A stretch of 64,000 nucleotides of DNA, taken from positions 138,413 through 202,412 of the forward strand of contig JAGVWE010000003.1 in assembly GCA_018304425.1 (NCBI GenBank), given 5' to 3'. The translations under genes were made by a program, and so were the position numbers. The DNA is from Candidatus Iainarchaeum sp. (GTDB lineage: Archaea > Iainarchaeota > Iainarchaeia > Iainarchaeales > UBA10219). Positions 46,346 through 55,796 of this stretch are shown one piece after another (the stretch's first letter is position 1; each line of letters begins with the position of its first letter). The notes under the pieces are model-generated. The model searched no databases. It saw nothing but the letters and a program-made list of their open reading frames with translations, and was not told the origin of the DNA.

Positions 46346-48910
46346 ATGGCTTGGACAGACCTGTTCGCGGAAATCAAGGCACACCCCAAGCGGTTCCTGG
46401 CCGCCTTCCTGGTCGGCATGGTTCCAGTCCTGAACCTGTTGTCCTGGGGCTACGCCCACCGCGTCCTCCAGGAAACCAGCCGCCAACGAAAACCCACCCT
46501 GCCCGCCTTCGAACCCTCGGTGGAACTGTGGCTAACGGGCCTGAAAGTGGGCCTGCTGCTTTTCCTCTACAACCTCGTGCCGGGCCTCCTCCAATTCGTG
46601 CTCGCCGTACTCGCCGCCTGGATTAACTCCCCGCTTGCCGCTTTGCTCGTCCTGCTGGTGTCCATCGTCCTGAGCTTTGCCGCCATGATGGTTTTCTTCA
46701 TTGCCTGGAAACGGTTTGCCGCCACCGACTCGTTCAAGCAGGGCCTGCGCTGGCAGTCCTTCCTGTCCGAGGCCCTTGAAAGGGGTTTCCTCTGGTTGTC
46801 CGTCAAGCTCACGGTGTTCGCGGTCCTGGTGCTGGTCGTGGCAAGAATGCTGGGCCTCTTCGGCTTGCTTCCCCTGGCCGGCCTGTTCCTCTTCCTGCTC
46901 GTGGCCGCCATGGCCCTGGGCTTGCGCCAAAAAATGTCGTTCGAAAAAATCTCGATTCCCACGCCCCCCAAACGGGGCGGCCCCGGCCAGAAGGGCCTCG
47001 GCCAACCCGGCCTCGGCCGGAAAGGCCTGCTGGTGCTGGGCCTCGTGCTCCTGTTAGTCGGCGAATTCGCCTTCGTGGGCAGCCACATGGAACCCATTCA
47101 ATCCCAGACCCAGAAGAAAATCGGCGTAGAATTGTGGAGCGTGAAGCTGATAGCGCCCTCGTTCTGGCAGTGGCTCTGGCTGTCCGAAGAAGAACTCAGC
47201 CTTACCACGCGGGTCAATGAAACCCAGCACGACCACGGCTGGCAGTCCAACGCCTTTCAGCTCGACAAAAGCGCGAACGCGAGCTGGGACCCACTTGGCA
47301 CCAGCGGCTACTTCAGTTTTTCAAAACCAAAACCCCCGATTTACTCCCACCTCCAATGCCACTACCTGGATGACCCGACCGATGGCTGCTTTGAAGTCAA
47401 GAATTCCAGCATCGGCATCACCTGGAAGTTCATGCAAAAACTGTTCGAACTCTTGGCCGGGCAAATCCTGAAAACCCTAACTGGCCAAATCACGCCCGGC
47501 GGCATCGCCATCGACTTCCTGGTTGGGCTGGTCACCGACCAAATCAGCGGCTTCCTGGGCCTGGACGCTGGCATCCTGGATGGCTTGACGGGCGCAGGCA
47601 AGTCCAGTGCCGGCTCGGTGCAAGCCGCAGGCACTTCGGAAGCCATCAACGCGGGCATGGAGGCCCTTGGCAAGGCCACGGAAGAAGGCGCGGGCATGCT
47701 GGGCCAGTCGCGGCTCGGAAAAGCCGTCACCTCCGCCCTCGAAAAACAGTTCGGAAAGGGCACGGGCGGAAAAATCGGCTTGAACATCACCCTCGGTGCC
47801 TTGACCGACATCCTCGTCAAAATCATTTCCGAACTCATCTTTGGCTTGATTCCCAAGACCACCACGGTGCTGGCCAGCGGCTGTGCGAACCTCGCAACCG
47901 AAAGCAAGGTCGGGCTCTCAGGGGACTACACGGGCTATGTGCTTACACTGGCTCGCGAAGAGACCACGGACATCCAATGTGAGGAAAAAATCGTTCCGCC
48001 CACGACCGGCACCATCTACATCCCCCCGGATGGCACGGGCAAGACCGGGGGAGACCCCTGGCGGGAGCCTCCACCCATTCCCCCGCCGGAGCCGCCGCCT
48101 GTCACGCCCCTGCCGCCCACGACACCGGGAACCCCTGGCGGGGCCAAGAAATGCACCAGTGAAAAGGACTGCTATGACCTCGACCAATACTATTGTTCGG
48201 GGCTGGTCGCGCACGCCGACATGGGCCAGTGCATCAAAGGCGAGTGCCGCGTCCTCAAGCAGTCCAGGGACTGCGACGACAAAAAGGACTCCACCGAAGA
48301 CCTGTGCGAGGCCTCGAAGACCGACGTGAAATGCATCAACCGGCCCAGGTGCGGCAACGGCAAGCAGGACTCCGGGGAAAACTGCTCGAATTGCTCGAAG
48401 GACGTGAAGTGCGCGGCCGGGCAATACTGCGAGGCCGGCGTCTGCAAGGAGCCGCCCTGCAAGGACCACGGCGGGGACACGGACGGGGACGGCACCTGCG
48501 ACGACGTGGACAACTGCAAGGACATTCCCAACGACCAGCGCGACCTGGACGGGGACGGCACGGGCGATGTATGCGACGAGGCCCCCATCGACTGCGGGGG
48601 ATGGGCAGCGGAAAACGGCCACGAAAGCTTTTCCAGCGGCTGGACTTCCCCCGGCACCGAGGAAGCCGCCAAAGACTTCTGCATCCGCAAGATGTGGGAA
48701 GGCGTGGACAAGCCGGTTTGCTATACGACGTGCCTCAAGGTGTTCATCAACGCCTACATGACGCCCAACAACGTATTCACCTGCTGTGCCCGCTACGTGA
48801 CCAGGATTGCCTGCGACGACTGCCCGGGCCAGCACCCCAACTGCCATCCCTGCGGCGAAGACTATGACAGCTGGATTGGCGGCGGGCCCGTTGTAGAAGG
48901 CGGGTCCTAG
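46346..48910 (+). CDS. DUF4013-like anchor fused to a large Cys-rich/TSP3 ectodomain
   Basis: PVLNL..WGY..LP.F..GLK..Y N-domain, CGNG...GENC.NC, DTDGDGTCDDVDNC. Confidence 0.85.
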   Translation: MAWTDLFAEIKAHPKRFLAAFLVGMVPVLNLLSWGYAHRVLQETSRQRKPTLPAFEPSVELWLTGLKVGLLLFLYNLVPGLLQFVLAVLAAWINSPLAALLVLLVSIVLSFAAMMVFFIAWKRFAATDSFKQGLRWQSFLSEALERGFLWLSVKLTVFAVLVLVVARMLGLFGLLPLAGLFLFLLVAAMALGLRQKMSFEKISIPTPPKRGGPGQKGLGQPGLGRKGLLVLGLVLLLVGEFAFVGSHMEPIQSQTQKKIGVELWSVKLIAPSFWQWLWLSEEELSLTTRVNETQHDHGWQSNAFQLDKSANASWDPLGTSGYFSFSKPKPPIYSHLQCHYLDDPTDGCFEVKNSSIGITWKFMQKLFELLAGQILKTLTGQITPGGIAIDFLVGLVTDQISGFLGLDAGILDGLTGAGKSSAGSVQAAGTSEAINAGMEALGKATEEGAGMLGQSRLGKAVTSALEKQFGKGTGGKIGLNITLGALTDILVKIISELIFGLIPKTTTVLASGCANLATESKVGLSGDYTGYVLTLAREETTDIQCEEKIVPPTTGTIYIPPDGTGKTGGDPWREPPPIPPPEPPPVTPLPPTTPGTPGGAKKCTSEKDCYDLDQYYCSGLVAHADMGQCIKGECRVLKQSRDCDDKKDSTEDLCEASKTDVKCINRPRCGNGKQDSGENCSNCSKDVKCAAGQYCEAGVCKEPPCKDHGGDTDGDGTCDDVDNCKDIPNDQRDLDGDGTGDVCDEAPIDCGGWAAENGHESFSSGWTSPGTEEAAKDFCIRKMWEGVDKPVCYTTCLKVFINAYMTPNNVFTCCARYVTRIACDDCPGQHPNCHPCGEDYDSWIGGGPVVEGGS

Positions 48911-48933
48911 TTGCTCGTGCCCAACTGATATCC

Positions 48934-51453
48934 ATGGGACTCAATGAAATCATGGGGGAAATCCAGCGGCACCCCAAACGGTTCCTCGCGGCCTTGGCTG
49001 CCAGCCTCTTTCCGCTGACGGGCTTGTTTTCGGCCGGTTATTTGACGGCCGTGCTCCGGGAAACCAGCAAAAACGGGAAACCGTTGTTGCCACCCATTCA
49101 TGCGCCCACACGGCTTTTCATGGACGGTGTAAAGGTCGGGACCCTGTTTTTCCTCTACAACCTCCCCACCAGCGTAGTGGGCGCCTTCCTGGGGCTGGCG
49201 GCCGCAACCGTCGGCGGTGCTTTGCCGTGGCTTGCGGCAGCGGTTTACCTTGCCCTTGGCTTCGCTTCCCTGGCCCTCTTTTTTGTTGCCTGGAAGGAAT
49301 TCGCGTTGACGGGCTCCCTGCGGAACGCGCTTCGCTGGCGAGAAAAAATTCCGGCGGCATTCGAAAAGACGTTCCTGGTCAGCTACCTTAAACTCTGCGG
49401 GTTCGGAATCCTGGTGTTGGCCATTGCCCGGCTGATGGGCTTCTACGGCATCCCCTATTCGGCCGGCATGTTCCTGTTCCTCCTCACCGCAGCTTGCTCC
49501 CTTGGAACCAAAAACCAAGGGCCCTCGCCGAATGCGCCACCGGCCCAAACAGCCGGAAAAGCGCGGAATCCCGGAAAACTGGTGCCCCTGCTTCTGGTGT
49601 TGCTGCTGTTTTCATCGGCGGCTGCGCAGGCCCCCCTTATCGCGCCCAGCGAGTTCAAGTACGTCAAGAACGTGACCGTGTACATCAGAAACGCGGATAT
49701 CACCGCCAGGAATTCGTGGTACTATTATTGGCTGGAGGACAAGGAACTCGCCATTGAGTCAGAGGCGACGGAAGGTAAGGACAAGAGCATGAACGCTTCC
49801 GTCGGCCTAGAGAATGCAATCCATTCCAATTGGGATTACTGGAGCCTGACAGGCCAATTCACGTTCCGCGAGCAGCCTGGAAAAATATACGCCTATTCCA
49901 AATGCAGTGAATTCAAGCCAGCCCTGCGCGGCTGCTTCAAGCTGGTCGAAACCAGCGCGGGAAGGGGCACGAAGTTCGCGCAAAAATTGTATGAGTTCAC
50001 GGCCTCCAACGCCGCCAAACTCCTCACCGGCCAGTACACGCCAGCAGGCTTTGCGCTGGACATGGTAGTCGACCAATTGGTTGGCCTCCTCATCGGGCAG
50101 ATAGACCGGCTCACGGGCATCAGCGCCATCGAAGAGCCAGGGGTCTTCGACCAGGCCGGCATCGCCACCGAAGGAGGGGTAGTGAGCGGCGGCGCAGGCA
50201 AGGCAGCCGACATCTTCCGCGCAGGCACGCGGTTCGAGGTGGGGGACACGAAAATCTCTGATTGGGTGAAGGGAAAGCTCCACACCGAACTCGGAAAGTT
50301 CGCCGGCGACGTCTCGATGAGCGTGGTCACCGACCTCGTCGTGAGCCTCACCTCAAAAGCCATATTCGAGTGGTGGATTGAAAAACAGTCCACGGTGCTG
50401 GCAAGCGGTTGTAGCCCCATCAACCTGGAGCCCGAGCAACCGCTTGGAAACTATGAAATAACGCTCACGGACCCTTCGGGGGAGTCAAAGTATTCCGCTA
50501 CGCTCGTCGTCGGCCCCATTGAAAAGGACACGGCCCAGGAATGCTTGCAGCCAAGGGACCTCATCAAGGCAGACAACGCTGGCAACGCTCCCGCGGACGC
50601 GCCAACACCCGACGCCAAAGGCGGGAAACCGCCTGCGCCTGGCAAACCCCCGGAGCCAGGGGACGACAAAAAGGGCCATCCCTATACCGTGGACGAACCT
50701 GAATGCAGGTCGGATGCCGAGTGCGGGCACCTTTCCGGCGCGCGCTGCAACGGCCCCATGGTGGTCAACGAGAAAGGCATCTGCATTGGAGGAAGGTGCG
50801 TGAAGGGCGAGGGAAAATCAGTGGTCTGCGATGACCGGGACAGTAGCACCGATGACTCCTGTGAGGAAGGCGGGGCCGGGGGAGCGCACTGTGTTTTCAC
50901 GCCCAAGTGCGGGAACGGCAAAAAAGACTCGCGAGAGAACTGCAGCAACTGTCCAGCTGATGTCCCATGCCCTCCTGGCACGCAATGCCAGAACAAGGTC
51001 TGCGAGAAAATCGACCCCTGCAAGGACAAGGGCGGCGATTCCGACAATGATGGAATATGCAATGACCAGGACAACTGCGACAACGCGCCGAACCCGGACC
51101 AAGTGGATGCGGACGGAGACGGGAAAGGCGATGCCTGTGACACGAGCCCAATCGACTGCGGGAAATGGGCGGACGGCGTTGGCGGCTCTGGATACAGCAG
51201 CGGCTTTGTCTCACCCGGCACCGAGCAGGCCGCCAAAGACTTCTGCGGGGAAAGCATGTGGAACGGCGTCGAGAAACCGGTGTGTTACACCACTTGCCTC
51301 AAGGTGGAAGTGAAAATGTACCACACGGCCAACGGCATGTACGTTTGCTGCTCCCGTACCAGCAGCTACCTGCAGTGCACGGACTGCCCAGGTGAATCCC
51401 CAGCCTGCCCCAGTTGCGGGCCCGGATACTCGCAGAGCGCACCCGCCAATTAA
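48934..51453 (+). CDS. Tandem paralog of 46346-48910
   Basis: Same architecture. Shared EI..HPKRFLAA, TVLASGC, SPGTE.AAKDFC, KPVCYTTCLKV. Confidence 0.85.
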   Translation: MGLNEIMGEIQRHPKRFLAALAASLFPLTGLFSAGYLTAVLRETSKNGKPLLPPIHAPTRLFMDGVKVGTLFFLYNLPTSVVGAFLGLAAATVGGALPWLAAAVYLALGFASLALFFVAWKEFALTGSLRNALRWREKIPAAFEKTFLVSYLKLCGFGILVLAIARLMGFYGIPYSAGMFLFLLTAACSLGTKNQGPSPNAPPAQTAGKARNPGKLVPLLLVLLLFSSAAAQAPLIAPSEFKYVKNVTVYIRNADITARNSWYYYWLEDKELAIESEATEGKDKSMNASVGLENAIHSNWDYWSLTGQFTFREQPGKIYAYSKCSEFKPALRGCFKLVETSAGRGTKFAQKLYEFTASNAAKLLTGQYTPAGFALDMVVDQLVGLLIGQIDRLTGISAIEEPGVFDQAGIATEGGVVSGGAGKAADIFRAGTRFEVGDTKISDWVKGKLHTELGKFAGDVSMSVVTDLVVSLTSKAIFEWWIEKQSTVLASGCSPINLEPEQPLGNYEITLTDPSGESKYSATLVVGPIEKDTAQECLQPRDLIKADNAGNAPADAPTPDAKGGKPPAPGKPPEPGDDKKGHPYTVDEPECRSDAECGHLSGARCNGPMVVNEKGICIGGRCVKGEGKSVVCDDRDSSTDDSCEEGGAGGAHCVFTPKCGNGKKDSRENCSNCPADVPCPPGTQCQNKVCEKIDPCKDKGGDSDNDGICNDQDNCDNAPNPDQVDADGDGKGDACDTSPIDCGKWADGVGGSGYSSGFVSPGTEQAAKDFCGESMWNGVEKPVCYTTCLKVEVKMYHTANGMYVCCSRTSSYLQCTDCPGESPACPSCGPGYSQSAPAN

Positions 51454-52499
51454 TACGGCCAGGACCTTCCCAGCATCCGCGCATAGTTCCTGGGCTTGCG
51501 CTTCTTCCAGTCCCCCTTGTGGTAGAGGTAGCTGGCGATGAGTGGAACAACGGTTGTGGCTTCGGCGTACACCATTTGTTCGTAGACCGTGTCCACCTTG
51601 CCCCAGGAACTGGCTTCCTTGAGGGTGGAACTCGAGCAGGCGCCGTCGCGGACGTCGGCCACCGTTATTTGCACCGCGTACTTGTGGGGGGGCACGTCGT
51701 GGCCGAGGACTTCCGCGCAAACCACGGTGTCTTGCGCGAAGTTCTTGGGAACGCCGCCCCCAACCATGAAGAGCCCGGAAACCGGCGAAGCCATCTTCAG
51801 CCGGGTCAGCTCGTGGAAGTCCTTGACCGAGTCAATGGACAGGTAGGGCTTGCGCTTCTCCATGCGCCGCACCTGGTGCATGACCAGGCCAAAGCCCGCG
51901 CTCGAGTCCGTGAACGCCGGGCAGAAGATGGGCACCTTCTTCTTGTACGCGATTTCGACCAGGGAGCTGTGTTTTTTGGCGTGCTTGGAGGCCCATTTCC
52001 CCATCTCCCAAATGAATTCCCTTGAACTGTAGGGCCGCGGCTCCAGGTAGTCGGCTATCTTGCCCACGGTCTTGTCGCAGTGCTGGAGTTCCTCTTCGTC
52101 GATGAAAGTATCGTAAATGCGGTCGATGTAGTTCCGGCGCAGCATCTTGTCGTCGACGTTGACTCTTCCCTTGTAGTGGCTGTAGCCAAGGGCTTCCAGG
52201 AAATCCATGTCCACGATGCTGGCCCCGGTTGCCACAACCGCGTCCACCATGTTGTGCTTGACGAGGTCATGATAAACTTGCATGCAGCCGCCCGCGCTGG
52301 TGCTGCCCGCCAAGACCAGGGTGATGGCGCAGTCCCGGTCCTTGACCATCATGTCGTAGAGGTCGGCGGCACGCGCGGTGTCCCGCGAGGAAAACGACAT
52401 GCCCCTGTAAGAGTTTATGATGGGTCGGGCGTCAAAGGACTTGATGTTGATGTGCCTTATTTTTTCCCTGAGCAACTGGCGTTTTTGCTTTTTGTTCAT
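51450..52499 (-). CDS. Deoxyhypusine synthase-like protein (bacterial SpeY-like clade)
   Basis: IDRIYDT, GGGVPKNFAQD, QITVADVRDGACSSSTLKEASSWGK. Confidence 0.88.
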   Translation of the reverse strand: MNKKQKRQLLREKIRHINIKSFDARPIINSYRGMSFSSRDTARAADLYDMMVKDRDCAITLVLAGSTSAGGCMQVYHDLVKHNMVDAVVATGASIVDMDFLEALGYSHYKGRVNVDDKMLRRNYIDRIYDTFIDEEELQHCDKTVGKIADYLEPRPYSSREFIWEMGKWASKHAKKHSSLVEIAYKKKVPIFCPAFTDSSAGFGLVMHQVRRMEKRKPYLSIDSVKDFHELTRLKMASPVSGLFMVGGGVPKNFAQDTVVCAEVLGHDVPPHKYAVQITVADVRDGACSSSTLKEASSWGKVDTVYEQMVYAEATTVVPLIASYLYHKGDWKKRKPRNYARMLGRSWPY

Positions 52500-52542
52500 G
52501 GCACGGAGAAGGAACTAAAACCATAAAAAGGTATCCTGTGCC

Positions 52543-52980
52543 TCATTCGCCCAAGAATTTCTTGCGCGCTTCGTACGAGAAAATGACGGGCACGAAGTAG
52601 GTTACGTCCGCCAACAGGGTGCCGGCCGCAATGGCCAGGGCGTAGTCCGCGATGACCAGGGGGAGCGCCGCCAAATAGAAGGGGCGGATGAGGAAGCTGT
52701 CCAGGTACTCGCCGGGGCCGAACTCCAGCACCAGGTTCCGCAAGGCCAAGGCGTACGCCTTCCACCCAAACCGCTGGTGCCGGCGCTGGCGCGCGAGTTC
52801 CTACCAGGCCAGGGTACCATAAAAGAAGAAGTTGGTGGCCCAGGTCGTAATGAACGCGGAAACCAGGATGCTGCCGGACAACCCCAAGGCGGCCTGCGCG
52901 GAAAGGAGGGCGGCCACGAAACTGATGACTTCGGCTGGGCCATAGCGTTTCAGCCACTCAACGAGTTTTTCGCGGAACAT
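52543..52980 (-). pseudogene. Membrane protein interrupted by an in-frame TAG (52801-52803)
   Basis: MFREKLVEWLKRYGPAE...FYGTLAW*ELARQ...LEFGPGEYLDSFLIRP...YEARKKFLGE*, all in one frame. Confidence 0.8.
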
Positions 52981-53032
52981 GCATCCACCTGGCTCGGAAA
53001 CGTTTTTATTGACAATTACCGACCATTGGTTG

Positions 53033-54085
53033 ATGCAAGCCTTTCCCGCGCAGGCCCTCTTGAAGTGGTTCTCAGCCGAGCAGCGCCCTCTGCCTTGGCG
53101 CGAGGCCTATAACCCGTACGAGGTCTGGGTCTCGGAAATCATGCTCCAGCAGACGCGCGTCGAACAGATGCTGCCCTACTACGAGCGGTTCCTCCAAAAA
53201 TTCCCTTCCGTCGAGGCCCTTGCGCAGGCGGACGAACAGGCCGTGCTGAAGGCCTGGGAGGGCCTGGGGTATTATTCGCGGGCGCGGAACTTCCACGCGG
53301 CGGCGAAGCGGGTCGTGGAGAGGTTCGGGGGAAAACTGCCGATGCGGCTGGATGACCTGCTGGAACTGCCGGGCCTCGGCCCCTACACCGCTGCGGCAGT
53401 GGCGAGCATCGCCTTCAACAAGAACCATGCGGTGGTGGACGGCAACGTGGTGCGCGTGCTGTCGCGGTTTTTCGCGCGAGCGGGAGAGGCAAAGGACTTC
53501 CAGGAGACCGCACAACAAATCCTTCCAAAGGGAAGGGCTCGCGCCTTCAACCAGGCCCTGATGGAGCTGGGCGCGCTGGTGTGCGTGCCGCAGCAGCCCC
53601 TGTGCGGGCAGTGCCCCTTGAACGGGGAGTGTGTGGCGCGGAAACAGGGAATGCAAGAAGAGTTCCCCGAGCGCGCCACCAAAAAGCGGCGGCCCACCAA
53701 GGTGTTCGCGGCCGCTTGCGTGCGCGAGCCCCTGCTGGGGGCCGGCAGCAGGGACGGGTTGTGGCTGGTGAAGGGCGAGAACAAGTTGTTGGGCGGTTTG
53801 TGGGGTTTTCCCCTGGTTCCATTCAAGCCCTTGGCCGACGCCAAGGAGACGCTGGAAAAGCGGTTCGACCGCGAGTTCGGCGTGCAGTTGACGCTCCACA
53901 AGGAGCTCGGCCGGGCCGAGCATGACTACACGCACTTCCACCAAGTTATCGTCTTGTTCGAGGCCAGCGCGGAGGGCAGGAAACTCGTGCTGGCCTCGGA
54001 AAAGGAGCTGGCCAGGCTCCCGCTGTCGAAGGTCAACCAGAAGCTGTTGAAGCTCAGCGGGGCGGCAATTTCAAGGCGTTCCTGA
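53033..54085 (+). CDS. mutY: A/G-specific adenine glycosylase
   Basis: VSEIMLQQT, WEGLGYYSRARN, HhH LPGLGPYTA, VDGNV, C-x6-C-x2-C-x5-C. Confidence 0.96.
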   Translation: MQAFPAQALLKWFSAEQRPLPWREAYNPYEVWVSEIMLQQTRVEQMLPYYERFLQKFPSVEALAQADEQAVLKAWEGLGYYSRARNFHAAAKRVVERFGGKLPMRLDDLLELPGLGPYTAAAVASIAFNKNHAVVDGNVVRVLSRFFARAGEAKDFQETAQQILPKGRARAFNQALMELGALVCVPQQPLCGQCPLNGECVARKQGMQEEFPERATKKRRPTKVFAAACVREPLLGAGSRDGLWLVKGENKLLGGLWGFPLVPFKPLADAKETLEKRFDREFGVQLTLHKELGRAEHDYTHFHQVIVLFEASAEGRKLVLASEKELARLPLSKVNQKLLKLSGAAISRRS

Positions 54086-54364
54086 ACCGCGAATACCGGT
54101 CATGGCATTCCGTCAACTTCTTTTGGTGGAATTTGTCGTCCGCATAGCGGTCGTCCTCCGACCACGACGTGAGAATGGTGCGGTGTTTTCGGACGAGTTC
54201 AGCGTTTTTCCGTTTTTTCTCCAGTGCTTTCGTCTTTTCTCGCCAACTTCCTTCAGGCAAGTGTTCAAGTCATGGAGTTCCTGTTCCTCTGCGTTGGTAG
54301 TCGAAAGCCGCAAAAGGGAAAACAGCGCAGACTGGAGTGTCCGACCAAGAGAACCCGAAACCAT
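54054..54364 (-). pseudogene. Possible frameshifted helical orphan
   Basis: ORFs 54113-54364 and 54054-54260 join into one plausible protein across GAGAAAAG at ~54238. Confidence 0.35.
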
Positions 54365-54394
54365 ATTTTAAATGATGCGGGGAAGGAAATTAAT

Positions 54395-54616
54395 ATGAAG
54401 CGGTTGTGGGTGGCAATTGCACTGGCCTTGTCCACTGGCCTCTTGCAACTGGAATCAATACGCGCCGTTTTTTCCGGGGTGTTCTCGGCTGAAACCAGCG
54501 GGCTCTTATTTGATGTGGCGACCGTAGTGGTGTTCGCACTCTTCCTGCTCAGCGCCCAACGCTTTGCCTCCAAGCACGCCAAAGGCTGGCGGCAAACGGC
54601 CAACGGCGTCCACTGA
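54395..54616 (+). CDS. Small 2-TM membrane protein
   Basis: Starts MKRLWVAIALAL. TATA ttttaaa upstream. Confidence 0.6.
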   Translation: MKRLWVAIALALSTGLLQLESIRAVFSGVFSAETSGLLFDVATVVVFALFLLSAQRFASKHAKGWRQTANGVH

Positions 54617-54647
54617 CTTGGCGGGCGCAACCAGAAGCTGCTTGCCC

Positions 54648-54986
54648 TCACCTGTACTTGAATTTCCGGTCGTACTCCTTGTAGTCCATCCACTCAAGAC
54701 AGATGAGGAACAAGTTGACCTGATCGCCCAAAAGCGTGTAGATGAGGCGCCAATAGGAATCGAGGCTAAGTTTCCATGGGTTGGTGACGTCGTACTTGCG
54801 CACGTACTCCAATGGCCAGAGTTTGCGTGGAATCTTCTTTCCGGCTTCGCGGTTTTCGGCCAGCTTCGTGGTCGCCTTCTCAATCAATCCAAGCAGATAG
54901 CGCGCTTCACCATCCCCACGCAAAGTCTTCGCCTTCAGTTTGGCGAAATCCTTTTCGAATTCGGGGGAATAACGCAGTTCATGCAT
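54648..54986 (-). CDS. RelE-like toxin (DPANN type)
   Basis: YSPEFEKDF...GKKIPRKLWP.EY..Y..TN.WKL.L...WRLIYT...EYDRKFKY. Confidence 0.75.
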   Translation of the reverse strand: MHELRYSPEFEKDFAKLKAKTLRGDGEARYLLGLIEKATTKLAENREAGKKIPRKLWPLEYVRKYDVTNPWKLSLDSYWRLIYTLLGDQVNLFLICLEWMDYKEYDRKFKYR

Positions 54987-55254
54987 GGACTGGCACGCTC
55001 TCGGCAAGGAGTTTCCTTGATTTCGGCGAGCCAGCAAAAATCCAGACCAACTTATCGTCTTGGGTGAGCATTACTTTTCTTGAATCAATTAGGTAGTTGA
55101 TGACCAGCTTATAGGTTTGGTACATCATCTTCTTGGGCAACCGCTGCCAGAGCCTCGTACGGGAGGGGTAATCCCGCGCATTCTTTATGGTGTCCTCAAT
55201 CATGAGCACCGTGTCCAGACGCGGATAATGAAGCACTTCGGTTCGGGCCTGCAT
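54979..55254 (-). CDS. Winged-helix putative antitoxin
   Basis: HYPRLDTVLMIE..LPKKMMYQT...YL..S.K. Overlaps the toxin start by 8 nt. Confidence 0.75.
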   Translation of the reverse strand: MQARTEVLHYPRLDTVLMIEDTIKNARDYPSRTRLWQRLPKKMMYQTYKLVINYLIDSRKVMLTQDDKLVWIFAGSPKSRKLLAESVPVHA

Positions 55255-55255
55255 A

Positions 55256-55273
55256 TCATATAAGTTTATATGA
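55256..55273. promoter_or_regulatory. Operator palindrome TCATATAA-gt-TTATATGA
   Basis: Perfect 8-bp inverted repeat just upstream of the antitoxin ATG. Confidence 0.6.
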
Positions 55274-55396
55274 CGATAATTTAAGCTTATTTGAGGATTT
55301 TGTCCAGGCATCGACGATCGAAGCAGCAAAAACTATTTAAATATTTCGTCATTCAACGTAATTCATGCAAAACCGAGGGCCTAATATAGCAAATAC

Positions 55397-55424
55397 ATGC
55401 ATAGATAATGCATTGGCAATGCAT
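55397..55424. promoter_or_regulatory. Three phased ATGCAT boxes (11-bp period)
   Basis: ATGCAT at 55397, 55408 and 55419, directly before ATG 55425. Confidence 0.6.
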
Positions 55425-55688
55425 ATGCGTACCACCTTGGAGTTCAAGGGAGCGACCAACCTTATCCTCGAGAAAGCCATAGAATTGGGTTTGGCGCGCT
55501 CCAAGACCGAAGCCATCCGACTCGGCGTGTTCGCCTTGAACAAGGAATACCGGCTGGTCAAGGACCTGGAGATGGAGTTAGTGGCCAGGAAACTGCAAAA
55601 AGAAGAAGCCGAAATGAAAAGGAAAGGCATAAAGTCCCTTTCCGAAGAAAAAGCCCTCGCCCCTTACAGGCGGGAGCATGGACCTTAA
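55425..55688 (+). CDS. Ribbon-helix-helix-like antitoxin
   Basis: MRTTLEF...LEKAIELGLARSKTEAIRLG. Confidence 0.75.
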   Translation: MRTTLEFKGATNLILEKAIELGLARSKTEAIRLGVFALNKEYRLVKDLEMELVARKLQKEEAEMKRKGIKSLSEEKALAPYRREHGP

Positions 55689-55780
55689 ACCCTGGAAAGT
55701 CACGTTCAAGTCCGGTTGGGACAAGCACTTCCCAAAATTCGACAAAGGCACGCAACAACGCATCCTCAAGAAACTAATGG
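55678..55780 (+). pseudogene. Truncated RelE-like toxin
   Basis: WKVTFKSGWDKHF.KFDKGTQQRILKKL, then the frame runs into the 3' end of the convergent gene. Confidence 0.65.
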
Positions 55781-55796
55781 CTGGCCGAACAATGAA

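Noticed and set aside
52801-52803. Genome-wide TAG recoding
   Set aside because: Several full-length conserved genes end in TAG at the expected position.
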